Source: the human T2T-CHM13v2.0 reference genome, Homo sapiens. Taken from it: a stretch of DNA of 64,000 nucleotides. Location: NCBI RefSeq assembly GCF_009914755.1, contig NC_060936.1; one strand, given 5' to 3'. A program made the position numbers and the translations under genes. Below the pieces are notes generated by a model. The model was not told the DNA's origin and did not search any database. It saw only the letters and a list, made by a program, of their open reading frames with translations. Below, piece by piece: positions 51,422-64,000 of this stretch. How positions within the stretch are numbered: position 1 is the first letter of the stretch; the number at the start of each line of letters is the position of its first letter.

Positions 51422-52289
51422 CATCTTTGTCATTTTCTTGATACTTCTTTCTGAATGACTGCTTTTTCTGACACCCAACTGTCTTAGTATCTTGCCTTTG
51501 CTTCTCCTTTCCATTTCCTTCCACCTGTATTTTTTTCATCTTATAAAAATGAGAATTCCCTGTCTTCTATTACCTAGTTATTTCTATACCAAATATTGTA
51601 TCATAAAAACTCAGGAACCCAGAAGGTTAAGAATTCTCTCTGTTGGGAGAAGAAGGGGAAATGTTAAAGGGGCAACCACCAAACTGTCTTTAGCAGGTAG
51701 AGGACAGTAAGAAGAGGTTAACAGCCAAATGTTAAGATTTTTTTTCCTCCATCACACATCTTAAAGCTTTGTTATTTTTGGGCAAAGTCCCTTCCAGAAA
51801 ATACATGCCACTGGCAGCCCCATAAGTGTGTATGAGAGCATCAGGAATCCTCTCTGACTGTGAAAGTCTTCAGGATGATGTTTCTGAACTAGGAAAAGAA
51901 TTCTGAAAATATTCAGAGTCAGTTGTCCCACCATGATCATTGGCTTTCAGAGAGGCAGAAAGAGCTATACCCCAGGCAGTTGCTCTGAGCTCTGAGAATT
52001 GGATCGGAAGCAATTTCCTGGTTCTGGCCTCTAGATGAATGAAAAAAAATCAAGTTCCTTTGGCACCTGCTTTGGGAGGGAGATGCTCCACAATCTTGTC
52101 TCTATTCAGAATCAATTTAACAAGGTATTGACATTCCTGGATGGAGGGAAGTGGCCAAAGACAGATTGACTGGGCAAGCTCTAGGAAAACGTGGAGTTTA
52201 TATTTCAAGTGACTACTGGAAAGGGGCTTTTAGTGAGCTCACCCACACCTGTCTGGGGAAAGTCTTCAGTGTGGAGATTTGAGATGTGT

Positions 52290-52803
52290 TCCTGCTGGAA
52301 ACTTCCCAGCCCTCTTCTCCTGGAGTGCAAACCCCTCTTCCCTGGGGTGAGCCCATTTTAAGCAGCTTGGCTTCCTCTTGCCAGCCACAAATGTGGGCAT
52401 GAAGCCACGTGTAGTTAATCAGAATATCTCCTTCTTCAGGCTACAGTGATTGGGTCAATGGTGCAATCATGAACCAAGCCAGCAATCAGAGCTCTCTCTA
52501 GGATTTTTCTACAGAAGCTCTTAGAAAAGATGATTCTCCTACTGACGTGTCTTTTCAGGACCATGTGACTCCACGGTTGCCAATGGCTATGTTTTCCATT
52601 ACATCATGCGAGCCAAACACAGAAGAAAGGTCAAGAGACAGAGTTCCTTGACACAGTCTAATTTGAACTCCTGGATCCAGCTATATCTGAATCCCAAACT
52701 TACTTTGAGATTTCCTATGTCATGAACCAGTATATTCTAATTTTTGTGGAAGCTAGTTTGTGTTGGGTCTCTATCATTTGCGACTCAAAAGCATTCTAAT
52801 ACA
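52290..52803 (+). mobile_element. MLT1K-like LTR
   Basis: ggctacagtgattgggtca..ctcctggatccagcta..aagctagtttgtgttgggtctctatcatttgc..ctaataca. Confidence 0.75.
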
Positions 52804-53160
52804 GGTCCAATATGCAAGGGGTTAAAGCATTTTGTGTGGTTTCTCTGACCCGTAATCTCAGTCTCCATCTACCTAGTGGCCAGAGTTCAATTCAGTTTAA
52901 TTTAATTTTGTTCCATTAAATTCCATTTGATTCCATTGACTCTAGTCAATTAGATTCAGTTCAATTCAATTCATTTAATTTGTTTTGAGCACCTACTGTA
53001 TACTAGGAATGCAGAGATGAAAAAGTGTCCACCTTTACTCTTCAGGAGTTTAAGTTGATTTATAAATAGTTGCTGACCAATGTGATAAATGTTCTTATGT
53101 GCCAAGTGCAGTAGGACCAGAGAGAAAAAATGAACTTACACAATTCTGATTTTTAAAAAT

Positions 53161-53191
<31 letters not shown>

Positions 53192-53204
53192 TTACTGTAA
53201 TAGG

Positions 53205-53430
53205 AGCCAGTGTGGTTTTATACTCAAGAGCAAGGGAATTGGGACTGGGTAGATTCACCTTCTACTGTTTTTAGCTGGGTGACTTTCAGTGAAGAGGCTT
53301 CACCTATCTGAGCCTTACTTTCCTCATTTGCATAATGGGGATGATAATAGAATCTATGCAGTCTTGTGAAAAGTCAGTGGAAGAATGAACAAGTCAAATG
53401 CCTGGCACATAGCAAGTACTCAATAAATGA
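53205..53430 (+). mobile_element. MIR
   Basis: ctgggtgactt..tctgagccttactttcctcatttgcataatgggg..gcctggcacatagcaagtactcaataaatg. Confidence 0.8.
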
Positions 53431-54257
53431 TCATCACCTCCACTTGCTGCTCTGCCCATCGGGACTGGTGGTGGCAGAGAGCAGTGGGGGTTAGTGACAG
53501 AACTCTCTCTACACTGCCGTTGACACACAGCCGTAAGACCTTGCATACTTCTTAGCACATAAAAGGTGCCTAAAACAAATTTAATAAGCATGTGTTGAAT
53601 GAAAAGTCATGAGTTGTGGGTGGAATGGAAGAATTGGGAGCAGACAGAGGTCCAAGCCCTCAGCAGGGGAATGAGTGTTAATGTTAGTGAATTTCTTCTT
53701 ATGGGGGCGGTTAGGGGTGCAGTTTGCCTGGAACCATTTGCTGGAGGGATTGGCTTGGAGAGGCACAGTGGGCAAAGCCCTTGACCTAACATTCAGAAAA
53801 TGTGAATCTACATCAACAAATGCAGGCAGGTGATGGAGATTCTAGGAGGGGTGTCTAAATCCACTGAGGAGGGTCACTCAGTCCTTCCTCAGAGCTCAGA
53901 AAGCCTCTGGTTACTCAGCCTCCTCCTTGGGAGAAGTGACAAGTAGCAGAGGTCAATAACTCAGCACAGCAGCCTCACTTTACAAAAGGGGAAACTGAGG
54001 CATGGAGGAACTCATCCATGGTCATCCATCAGGTTAATGACAGAGCCAGGCAGGGACCCATTTGTCCTGCTACTCAGCTGGGTGCGTTCCACCCCACCCT
54101 CACCCCAGAGATTTTCATGAGAGCTCATTTTATTCGCACTAGACCTAGAGGGATACGGAGGCAGAGGTGGGGTGGGGCAGTGGGACAGCTTGAGTGAGTC
54201 CTATACTCTCCGACAGGTCTTTCTTCTCCCCACCAGCATTTCCTTACTTTTTTAACA

Positions 54258-54475
54258 AGCTTTTCTTCATGTTTCTTGGCCGCACAAATGTCTTCTTTTG
54301 AGAAGAGTCTCTTCATATCCTTTGCCCACTTTTTCATGGGGTTGTTTGTTTTTTTCTTGTAAATTTCTTTAAGTTCTTGTAGATTCTGAATATTAGACCT
54401 TTGTCAAATGGGTAGATTGCAAATATTTACTCCCATTCTGTAGGTTGCCTGTTCACTCTGATGATCGCTTTTTTT

Positions 54476-54517
<42 letters not shown>

Positions 54518-54849
54518 GCAGAAGCTCTTTAGTTTGATTAGATGCCATTTGTCAATTTTGGCTTTTGTTGCCTTTGCTTTTGGTATTTTAGTCATTACGT
54601 CTTTGTCCATGCCTATGTCCTGAATGGTATTGCCTAGGTTTTCTTCTAGGGTTTTTATGATTTTGGGTTTTACATTTAAGTCTTTAATCCATCTTGAGTT
54701 AATTTTTGTATAAGGTGTAAGGAAGGGGTCTAGTTTCTGTTTTCTGCATATGGCTAGCCAGTTTTCCCAGCACCATTTATTAAATAGGGAATCCTTTCCT
54801 CATCGCTTGTTTTTGTCAGGTTTATCGGAGATCAGATGGTTGTAGATGT
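54258..54849 (-). mobile_element. Internal L1PA ORF2 fragment with a T35 expansion
   Basis: ORF2 peptide [29 protein letters not shown]; no 3' UTR. Confidence 0.9.
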
Positions 54850-54899
54850 CCAGCACTTATTGTAACAAGTCTTGCCTTCTCCAATTCAGCTCCTATACC

Positions 54900-55198
54900 A
54901 AGGGACAAACATTCAAGTTTGTACAGGGGCAATTCCTATAGAAAATGAGAGAGCCAGGCACAATAGTAGGGAATGGTGGGGACTGTGTCTAACTGGAGAG
55001 TTCCTGCCTGTTTAAAAGGAAGAGCTGCTACTCAGCTCGTATCGATGCAGCTACATGAGAAAAGGTGGGCTTGGTATAGCCAGATCTTGCAATTTTCAAG
55101 TGCAGCCAGAGATGGAGATTTTTGTATACAATTTACTGTTCAGAAAAAGGGCACATCTGCTGGGGGAATTAGCCCATGGCCCTCAGTTTACAACTCTT
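54900..55198. mobile_element. MER102-like hAT fossil
   Basis: ggaatggtggggactgtg..aactggagag..gccagatctt..ttttcaag. Confidence 0.65.
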
Positions 55199-56964
55199 AG
55201 TGGTGTCTCCTATCCATTGTTGACCAAGGCCTCAGAGCGTGCAGAGAAGCCCTGTGGATAGAAAGGGAAAAATGGAACCAGCCAGAGGCCTTGGCATGAA
55301 GTCAGCAGCTGGGAGGAAGGGGCCTCCACAAAGTTGCTGAGTTTCTGAAATCCCAGGCACTCCATGGTGCAATTTTTTTCTGCTACCCGTAACAGCCCTC
55401 CACCAGGCTCCTGGATGCTGACAGCCCTAGATGTGGAATTTACTTTGAAATGCTAATCGTGGGGGAAAAGTGATATTGATGTTGCTCACTAATTAAGGGC
55501 TGGCCTATTTTAAATTTTGGAGGGCTCCTGCCTGTCTCCGACCTTGGCAGGAGGCAGGGAGGATGCTATTTTTATTAAATCAGAGAGATGAATCAAATAG
55601 CCTAAGTGGACAGGGAAGGCGGAGGGTGGAATCACAGAGGCGTGGAGACCTATGAGTTCTTCACAACTCATTTACAGAGACAGCAGGGACACGGATCTCA
55701 CAACATTAGCACCGGCGCCATCTCCCTTCCAGGGTGGCTAATCGTGGTGAGGGGACAGCATAATAGGTCAGGCAACAGGGCCTGGCTTTATTGGAACTGA
55801 AAGCTGCACAAGCAGACTGATGAGAGTGGTCAACTATGATTTACAAGAGGCCTCATTTGCAGATTGTCTCTGCAGGGTCTGAGTTACGCTTAGAGACTGT
55901 TCAGAATTAGTAGCTGCCAAGACGGCTGTGTTCATGGCCTCTGAAGACTGGCACCCTGTTAGGAAGGAAAACAGGGGCTCAGAGCTGTCTCCCCACTTCC
56001 CTGTGCAGAATTTACTTGTCTCTGGATCTGTACTGATAGAGGATGCTTACTGCAGGCTGGGCAGATGGTGCTCTGTTTGTTTCTACTTCACAGATGAAGA
56101 AACTGAGACCTAGAGAGGATTACATGGCAGATGAGCAAAGCTGGGCTTTAGACTCAGTCTGACTTCAGGTTTTAAGGTCTTAGCCCCTTGTTGTTATAGT
56201 TTCTTGGTCTCTGTTCAGTGCCTGGCACAGAGGAGACAGATGCTAGATATGTTTATTCATTCACTCACTCATTTACTCTTTTACTCACTAATGCATTCGT
56301 TCACTCACCAACCTTTATTAAATGCTTCCATATGTTCTCTTATTAGATCCCACAAAAACCCAGCCAGGAAGCATGATTCCCAAGTTACAGATGATGACAT
56401 GGAGATGGAAGCATGTTAACTGACGCTGCTCAAGGCCACAGAGCTGTAAGCATTGACAGCAGGAGTCCCATCTAACCTTTTGGCCTTGATTCTATCATTT
56501 TTACTACTATAGAGCTTTGCACTAAAATTTAAGTTCCTTAAAGGCAGGAGAGGGATGTCATATTAATTTTTCATTCCCCAGGGTGCCTAGTGCCAAGCTG
56601 AGCATGCTCACTCACTCATTCAACAGACATGGATATGAAATGCTTCTGTGGCTGTGTCATTATCTGTAACATGGGAATCTTGCTTCTTGGCTGGGTTCTT
56701 CTGGGATAGGGATAGAGCTGTTAGCTGGTGGACATGGTCCTACCCTTTGGAGCATGCGTCCTGGCAGATTCACAGACAGGCAAACAGACAGTGATAGAAG
56801 CAAGAGATGGAGATGGGACAGGGTTATGATACTCCAGAGAAGGAGCTTTTAATTTGTGTTTGTCTCTCACACCCAGTGCAATAGTGAGTGAGAGGTTGGA
56901 ATCAGGTCAGTTGGAACCTGGGAAGGAGAGGTAGGGTCTGAAGGTCACAGAAGTCCCCTTTGTA

Positions 56965-57200
56965 TATTAGAGTGGTTACAGGTATAGCCTTTGGATCCAG
57001 ACAGGTTTGAGTTAGAATCCTGTCTTTTTTATTTAGCAACCCTGTGTCCTCAGGATAGCTAATCACCTCTCTGAACTAGGCTGCTCCTCTGTAGAATGGG
57101 TATCCTAATACCTGCCTCCCAGGACTAAATGAGAAATAGTATATGACATGCTGAGGGCAGTGGCTGTCGTGTCAGTTGAACTATAGCTATTGTTACTGTT
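56965..57200 (+). mobile_element. MIR
   Basis: ctttggatccagacaggtttgagttagaatcctg..cacctctctgaact..tctgtagaatggg. Confidence 0.7.
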
Positions 57201-57574
57201 ATTGCCATCACTGGACTACTATGACCATCTCCTTTATCAACTCTGAAAGCCACCAGCCACATTTATAGGCCTCTGCCCCTCTTGTTTGATTCTTCCAGCT
57301 CTTTCCCTCCTTGGCTGACACTGACTGACACTTGCTCTGTGTCTGATGCTGAGTTGGCCCCAGAGAGGCCAGACAAAGAATAAGCTGAGAGCCTAGGTCT
57401 TGACAAACGTCTATTAGATCGTGCCTGAATGACTTCTTGGTTCACCAGAAGTGGGCCTGAGCTGATGTGTGTTGATTAAAGGAATGTATAAAATAAATGA
57501 AATATATTTCTCAAAAAACTGCAAAAAAGGTCTCTGACTCTGTGGTAAAATGAGCGGTTCGGACTCTAGAACAC

Positions 57575-58099
57575 AGTGGATGTCTGAATATTAGCAGCTC
57601 CCAGTGAACCAGACCTACCAATACTTACACCCTTGTGCTGTCCCCTCCCCTTGAATCTGGTCTGGCCCTGGGACTTGCTTTAACCAACAGCATATGGCAG
57701 AAGAGATGCTGTGCCATTTCCAGGCATAAGGCTTGCAGAGGGCTTGCGACCTCCATTTTTGTGTTTTTGGGAGCCCTGAGCTGCAGCATCAGATGTCTGG
57801 CTATCCTGCTGAAGAGGCCACATGGAAAGGAATAAACCATGGAAGTACACAAAGAGAGAAAGGCCTGTTGCCCCAGCATGCCAGCTGGGCTCAGCCTCTC
57901 AACTGTCCTTGCCAAGGCACCAAAGATGTGTGTGTACCATCTTGGATATTTAAGCCCAGTCGAACTCCCAGATGACAGTAGCCCTGACTGACCTCGTGAG
58001 CCAGGTCAGCTCAGAAAATTGTGAGAGACAACAGATCACTTGTTTTAAGACCCTGCATTGTGAGGTGGTTTGTCAGGCATGCAGCCAGATAATGGACAA
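57575..58099 (+). mobile_element. MLT1F/G-like LTR
   Basis: ccttgaatctgg..gacttgctttaaccaacag..ccatcttgga..ttgttttaagac..gtggtttgt..gataatggaca. Confidence 0.8.
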
Positions 58100-58581
58100 A
58101 ATGCTGTAGGCCTTCCGAGAAAAGAGAAGGACCCAGGATGTGAAGGAGAAGAGTTGGGGGTAGGAGGGCATTCTAAAAGAGGTGAGGAGGTACAGAAGTG
58201 TGAGTCTGACCAAGAGAAAGTGCCTTTGCTGCGGAATATGGGAAGTTCTGAAGGTTGAATAAGCCAAGGTCAGATCAAAGGGGTGTTGAGACCCAGGCAG
58301 ATATAAGGACAATGGAGATGATAGTGAGTGAGCTAAATCTTCAACTTTCAGGGCAAAGGGTCAGTAGATAATTATAAAGCTGATAAATTAAGAAACTGAG
58401 GTATAATCATGTTGTTTAGGGGTGGGAAGGTAATGACTGCAAGAATTAAAAGCCTTTGGGAATAGGATTAGAGGTGAGGGAGGAGATGACAGTGTCTCAT
58501 CATAAGCTTTTCTGCACTATTTTGTTTACCTTGTATGTGTATTACTCTAATAAAAATTTCAACAAGTTGAGCACACACACA

Positions 58582-58914
58582 TTATTTATTTATTTATTTA
58601 TTTATTTATTATTATTATTTATTTCTGAGACAGGACCTCCCTCTGTCTCCCAGGCTGGAGTGCAGTACATGATCAGAGCTCACTACAGCCTCTACCTCCT
58701 GGGCTCAAGCCATCCTCCTACCTCAGCCTTCTGAGTAGCCAGGACTACAGTTGCACACCACCATACTCAGCTAATTTTTTCATTTTTTATTTTTTGTAGA
58801 GACGGGGTCTCGCTAAGCTGCCATGGCTGGTCTTGAACTCCCAGCCGTAAGTGATCCTCCTGTCTCAGCCTCCCAAAGTACTGGGATTGCAGGAGTGAGC
58901 CACCAGGCCTGGTC
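58582..58914 (-). mobile_element. AluJ with (TTTA)n tail
   Basis: Full dimer. Confidence 0.93.
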
Positions 58915-59166
58915 CCAAAATAGACTCCTCTTCTCCACATTTCCTGGGAATTTTCTCTCACCAACTGCCTGTTACTCCTTCATTTCTCTCATTAACCCAC
59001 CCCCTGAGGGCAGGGACCACATACACTCTCATTACATCCTCATGCCTGGCATCATTCTTAGCACACAGAGAACGCTCCATATATTTTTGCAGAAAGACAA
59101 AAGTAAGGGGATGGAGCATGTCGACCATATGGGTTCAGGTCTTTAAAATGAGGGACTGGCCTAGGT

Positions 59167-59540
59167 CAGAGTCTTTTAATGATTTTACAATTTTTGCCAT
59201 ATCCATGCATCACCTGAACCTTTACTAGTCAGCATTTTTTCTGAGGTGATTCACCTTTTGAATACTTACATACAATTATTTAAAAAGAAAACGACATTAT
59301 CAATACCTTCAGCGGAAAACCTGCATCCCTTGCTGTGAATGGAAGGTTGCCATAGAAACAAACAAGAGGAAAACAAAAGAGTTAGTGAATTCTGGCTGGA
59401 GACTGTTGCCTGCCCAAGGGTCTTCCCTGGGGCCTGATGCTCTTGGTTAAATCAGGACAGATTAGCAAGTGTGAGGGGTTAAAGACCTAATCAGAAGGAT
59501 TAAAGGAAATTGAAAAGGGAATGATTTTCTTACTACTCTT
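59167..59540. mobile_element. MER113-like hAT fossil
   Basis: ttttgccatatccatgcatcacctg..actgttgcctgcc..gattagcaagtgt..taatcagaaggatt..aattgaaaagggaat. Confidence 0.7.
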
Positions 59541-61717
59541 TAAGATCCCATAGGGGGTGGCTTTCTTGAAATGTTATTTCATGCCCTGCCCCCACCCCCA
59601 GACAGCTAGGGATGACCACTGCCCTTTGAGAAATACTGGCTCAGGAGACTGACCCATGGTTTCCTGTAAATTCTGTCTAATCATGGAGTCTTGCATCCTA
59701 TTGGGAGTGGTTCCCTTGGATGTCCCTGATTCCCAGGGCTCTGGGAAGGGCACTGTTTGCCCATTGTCTGAGTTCTCCATCTGGAATTCCATGCCTTCCC
59801 ACTGGACTTCTGGTCAGTTGGCAGAAAATAGTATCTATGGCTCAGCAACCAGATGGAGCTGGAGTGTCCTGTATCTGAATATAGTGGTGAATGAAAAGTC
59901 AATGGATCTCAGTCCGGAGTTCATCTGGTGTGGTTGAATTGCAGTTTTTGCTCTTGTCCCAGATGGGATATTCATTTTGTGCCAGTCACATCAGTTTCCT
60001 GTTAATGCACTCACCGGCTCCTGCAGGTAGGAAAATAGTTGGTTGCATAGAGAGGGGTGTGCTTGTGACATTTTCAAACCAGGGACTTAACCAACCACAG
60101 CCACTTGCAAAGGATGTGGGCACTTTTGTTTGTGTGTCTTCCTCCTTCCTTACCCCCGATTCCTGACAATTTTCTGTTGAAATTACATACAGCATATTAA
60201 TAATGATGCTGATTATTCCCCTGTCTTTCTGCTGCTTGGACCAGGGACCTTTCTGCCTCTCAGTAGTTAGAAAGATGTTAAATTCAGATGGAAACTTAAT
60301 CACAAGGCATTTAAAGGTCAGCTTTTCAGGGTCATTGGGGATATGCCAGGAGTCTGACTGGGCAAAAGTGTTTCTCATTCTGGGTCAAATTCCTTGACAT
60401 CTCTTCACCTTGGTCATGCTTTGAATTGACTTGACGTATTTTCCTATAAACAAAATTATTTCATATTGATGTGGACTTTAATTTGATTGACAAGCAGGGA
60501 TCTCTAGTGTATGACCCCTGCTGTCACTCAGGAAGTCTCAGCGGGAACCTTCAGGGAGAGAATTCACCCTGAGGGAAGAGATGGCTTAACATGATGAGAC
60601 TACTCTGACAGCAGAGCCCAAGTTGTGGGAGAGTGAGGATCCTGAGTATGTCATGGTGACTGTTGCCCAGATCTAGCCCCAAGCCAGGTCAGCCCAAGAG
60701 GAGCAGCTTCTTGAAGCTCTGTAGCACCTTGATGCCCAAGCAGCAGCACTGAAACCTCTCCGAAATGGGTGTCATACACAGGGGAGAAATCCATTCATAT
60801 CCTCCTCTTCAGCCTAGGCCAATGGGCAACATCAGCACGAAGAAAGTTCGGGATATCGGAATGTTTCAGTGGAAGAGATGATGGTCCCTGTGGAAGAAGA
60901 AATAATGCCTGGTGGTTGCTGTGCCCAGTGGAGCCATTTAGGGGTGGTGCCATGCCTGGGGGCGATTTTGGGGTACACTGATATTTCCCCAGTAAAAATT
61001 GGTAAGAGGGCCTGTGTAATGGCCCAGTGACCTGGATATCTGCACTAAGCTCAAGAGAGAAGAAAACTAAAGCAGAAAGATAAAGAAGCTGCTTGAAGAA
61101 AGTGAATGGGCTTGCAGATCAGGCAACTGATGGGTTTCTCAAAGTCATGGCACTACAGGGTTAGCCAGAGAGAGGCACATAAGAGGGCTTGAGAGAAGGC
61201 AAAGCTTCCCGCAGAGAGCAGCCAATTAAAAAGGATAAATTTTTTAAGCCAGAAAGTTGACGTCCAGTGAACAATCAATGTCTCATCTTGAGATTGTCTC
61301 AGAGCACAAGCCAGAGAGAAAGAGACCAGATCAAAGGGGTCCTTGGACAACAGGCTTGAGGTATGAGAGGCCATGCAGTCATATGGCAGGGGTGGTGACT
61401 GGCACCTGGTCCTCAGGTGACTACACTTGGTGAGCAGCCCAGAGAGGGCATTGCTTTCCCAGGAATGAGGGCTTCTTAAAAGAGGGGCTTCCCATTCAGA
61501 TGTTGAGGGGCAAGGTAGAGGTATAGCAGCAAAGGAGGAACTTAGCTTATATCTGGAGATGACAGACCAAAGGTACGGAGTGAAAAATGAGACAATGCAC
61601 CAATAATTGGGAGCTCTGATCTAACCTGTGTCAGGGAAATGATTTCTGCCTTATAAACAGCCACATCAGCACAAAGCACACAGAAGACAGGAGGAGGAAG
61701 AAATCCCATGAGGAAGA

Positions 61718-62085
61718 TGTGGAATGTTAGATCATTGTTCACCAAATATCCACTTTGTCCCTCATCATCAGGGGAGAAGTGTACTTCCCACCTCTTGACT
61801 TGGGCTTGGCCATGTGACTTGCTTTGGCCAACAGCAAGTAACAGGACATGATGCAAATGGAAGCTTGATGTGTATTTGTGCAGTTGGGCTTGCCGTCTCT
61901 TGCTCCTGCCTTTGGCATGAGTAGAACATGCCTCTCAAGGGTCAGGTTGCTGGTCTAAGGAGGGTGAGAGACCTGTGGAGCAGATGTAGATCTGGCCTGT
62001 CCTGAGCCCAACCCAGCTGACCCCAGCCTAGATCAGCCAAACCCCAACCAAACTGAAGATGTGTGAATGAGAAATAAATGCTTAG
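61718..62085 (+). mobile_element. MLT1H-like LTR
   Basis: ttgacttgggcttggccatgtgacttgctttggccaa..cccagcctagatcagcc..gagaaataaatgctt. Confidence 0.8.
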
Positions 62086-62274
62086 GTGGTAGAAGGAGAA
62101 CTTTACCGGCTTCCAGACGCAAATGCTTGGAACCCTTGTAAAACTCATGTCTGCTACTAAGCATGAAGTGTGTCCCACAGACAGCCAGCCACACTGGACT
62201 TGAGTAGACAGTTCTGGTGCCTCTTTTCACATCACTCTCCTTTCCCTGGGGTTTAAGAGTCAACGCTTCCTGGT

Positions 62275-62450
62275 TTCATATCCTTATTCCAACTCTTTAT
62301 AGATTTGTGACTTTGAGCCTCAGATTCCTCATCTGCAAAATGGGAGTTATGATGACCAACCTCAAAGGGCTGTGAAATTCAGATGGGATAATACCTATAA
62401 AGCATTTTGAAAATAACCTGGCACATAGTAAATATATTTTCAACAAATAA
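62275..62450 (+). mobile_element. MIR
   Basis: tgagcctcagattcctcatctgcaaaatggga..cctggcacatagtaa. Confidence 0.8.
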
Positions 62451-63192
62451 TAGTTAATAATTTTCTTTCTTTCTTTCTTTCTTTCTTTTTTTTTTTGGTG
62501 GGTGGCACTCATTACTCAATTGCACCCATTGCTTTTGGATTTTACTCATGGCTCATTCAGACTTGGGGGCTTGAATGCCTCAACTCATGTCTCCTTGCTG
62601 GTGAGCCTGACCTAGCTTTCCAAGTGCTGCTTCTGGATAGAAGGAGGACACGGTTCTGAAATGCCCATACATTTTGAGTTCCCGCTAGAAAAGCCTCAGT
62701 TTCTGGGAGGTGGAGATCAAATGTTGAGAAATAAGACATGAATCATGGCTTTCCAGGGAGGTTCAAATCCAGGTTCTAGGCAGTTGCCAAGGATTACAGA
62801 GAGTGGAGTCAGGTTCTGAGTGTCTTATAAAGCTTGATTTTTTTTCTCACTTCTGTGAGTCTGAACCCTGTAGGATGAATATCAAAAGCACAGTCAACCA
62901 GTCAGGTACGTAAACACACATGCTGGATGGCTGGAGGATTACACCAACCTGGGCCAGAAGAGAAGGTACATCCATTCCATTTTGCCTGCTTCAGCCTCAG
63001 TGAGGGAAAGGCCACCATCTCACCTTGCCCGGGAGACCTTGGCTCTCTCTAAAGTGAGAAGGTTATGGGGGTTTTGTTCAGATCTGTGCTCTGTGGATGG
63101 AGAGGTGTGTGGGAAGGGCTGCTCATCAGAGGCACAGAATTGTCCCAATGAGAGTGTAATTGAGAAAGAGAAAGACAGAGATATCTCTATAC

Positions 63193-63380
63193 TGCAGTTA
63201 TCGATGCTAAGATGCATATTTTCCTCCACATTTTAACAACTCTGATATCAGGATGTTTCTTGCCATGAACTGACTGAAAGTGTTGTGTCAGAATAATTGA
63301 TATCATTTTCTTTTTACCAGTGGTTCATGCAATAACAGTGTGTCTTACAACCTATGGCATCTTAGATTTGGAAAATATGG
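63193..63380. mobile_element. MER104-like (TcMar-Tc2) MITE
   Basis: TIR-like ends atcgatgctaagatgc.. / ..gcatcttagatttggaaaatatgg. Confidence 0.7.
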
Positions 63381-64000
63381 TCTTTTTAACAGCTCATATT
63401 TCTGTAGATTTGCTCTGCGCTAAATGGGGCAAAGCTAGTGGAATGACTGAAAGGTGACCTCTTAAACTGAAATTTGTTAAGGCTGGACACAAAGCGCAGC
63501 CAGCATGTGCCAACATCACCCAAATCCCATACTGGAATCTTCTTGATAGCTAGAGTGAGGCACATTAATTGCACAGAATCTAACACCTCCCTGGATATCC
63601 CCTACTCTTGAAACGGAGCTCCACAGGGAAAGAACAGCTTGAACACAATCCGCTGACAAAGTGGATGTATTGAACAGATCTCAACCCTCACACTGTTAAA
63701 AAAAAAATCCTACTGCATTAGGAAACACCAAGAAATTAAATCAGACTGATTTGCAAAGGCCAAATGAAGTCCCTTCATCCTCCACAAAACATGGTTAGAA
63801 TGCAACCATCTGGAAAGATGAAGGCTGAGCAAAGGGATGACCAGAAGCTGTAAAACCAAGGAATATGGGAAGCAGAAATATAATCCAAATCATTTATTGT
63901 CACTGTTGAATGTCAGGAAAGTGCTACTTCTCTGTGTCAATATGCCTTGGGGTAGGTGAGTTCTCTGGCCCACAGGTTACATTGCCCCTACCCAGTCTGC

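Noticed and set aside
55710-55730. CTCF site (ggcgccatctccc)
   Set aside because: Only half of the core matches; the expected following TGG is missing.
60760-61500. Possible ancient LTR or coding remnant
   Set aside because: Could not assign termini, family or a coherent reading frame.

Overview
Primate (catarrhine, human-like) non-coding genomic DNA. I see no protein-coding exon, RNA gene, CpG island or CRISPR array. The long ORFs in the track come from Alu, L1, LTR or simple repeats, or have no recognisable domain. Roughly half the window is interspersed repeats: an ~8 kb L1MA-type LINE carrying an HERV-K LTR5A, about 15 solo LTRs (MER66-like, MER57, MER41A, MER21, LTR15, several MLT1), 9 Alus, and many MIR, L2 and DNA-transposon fossils. 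Between them are repeat-free islands with clustered transcription-factor motifs that look like enhancers. Subfamily names come from my recollection of Repbase/Dfam consensus sequences, not from a search, and boundaries of old elements are approximate. Most notable observations: (1) a 109-bp, gap-free, ~89% identical inverted duplication of apparently non-repeat DNA (17104-17212 / 17970-18078); (2) a probable ancient L1 3' transduction with its own AATAAA and second poly(A); (3) a complete switch in LTR orientation at ~35.5 kb; (4) a trimeric AluJ inside one target-site duplication; (5) poly(A)-less L1 fragments that look like repair patches. I cannot support a new gene or multi-gene system from the sequence alone.
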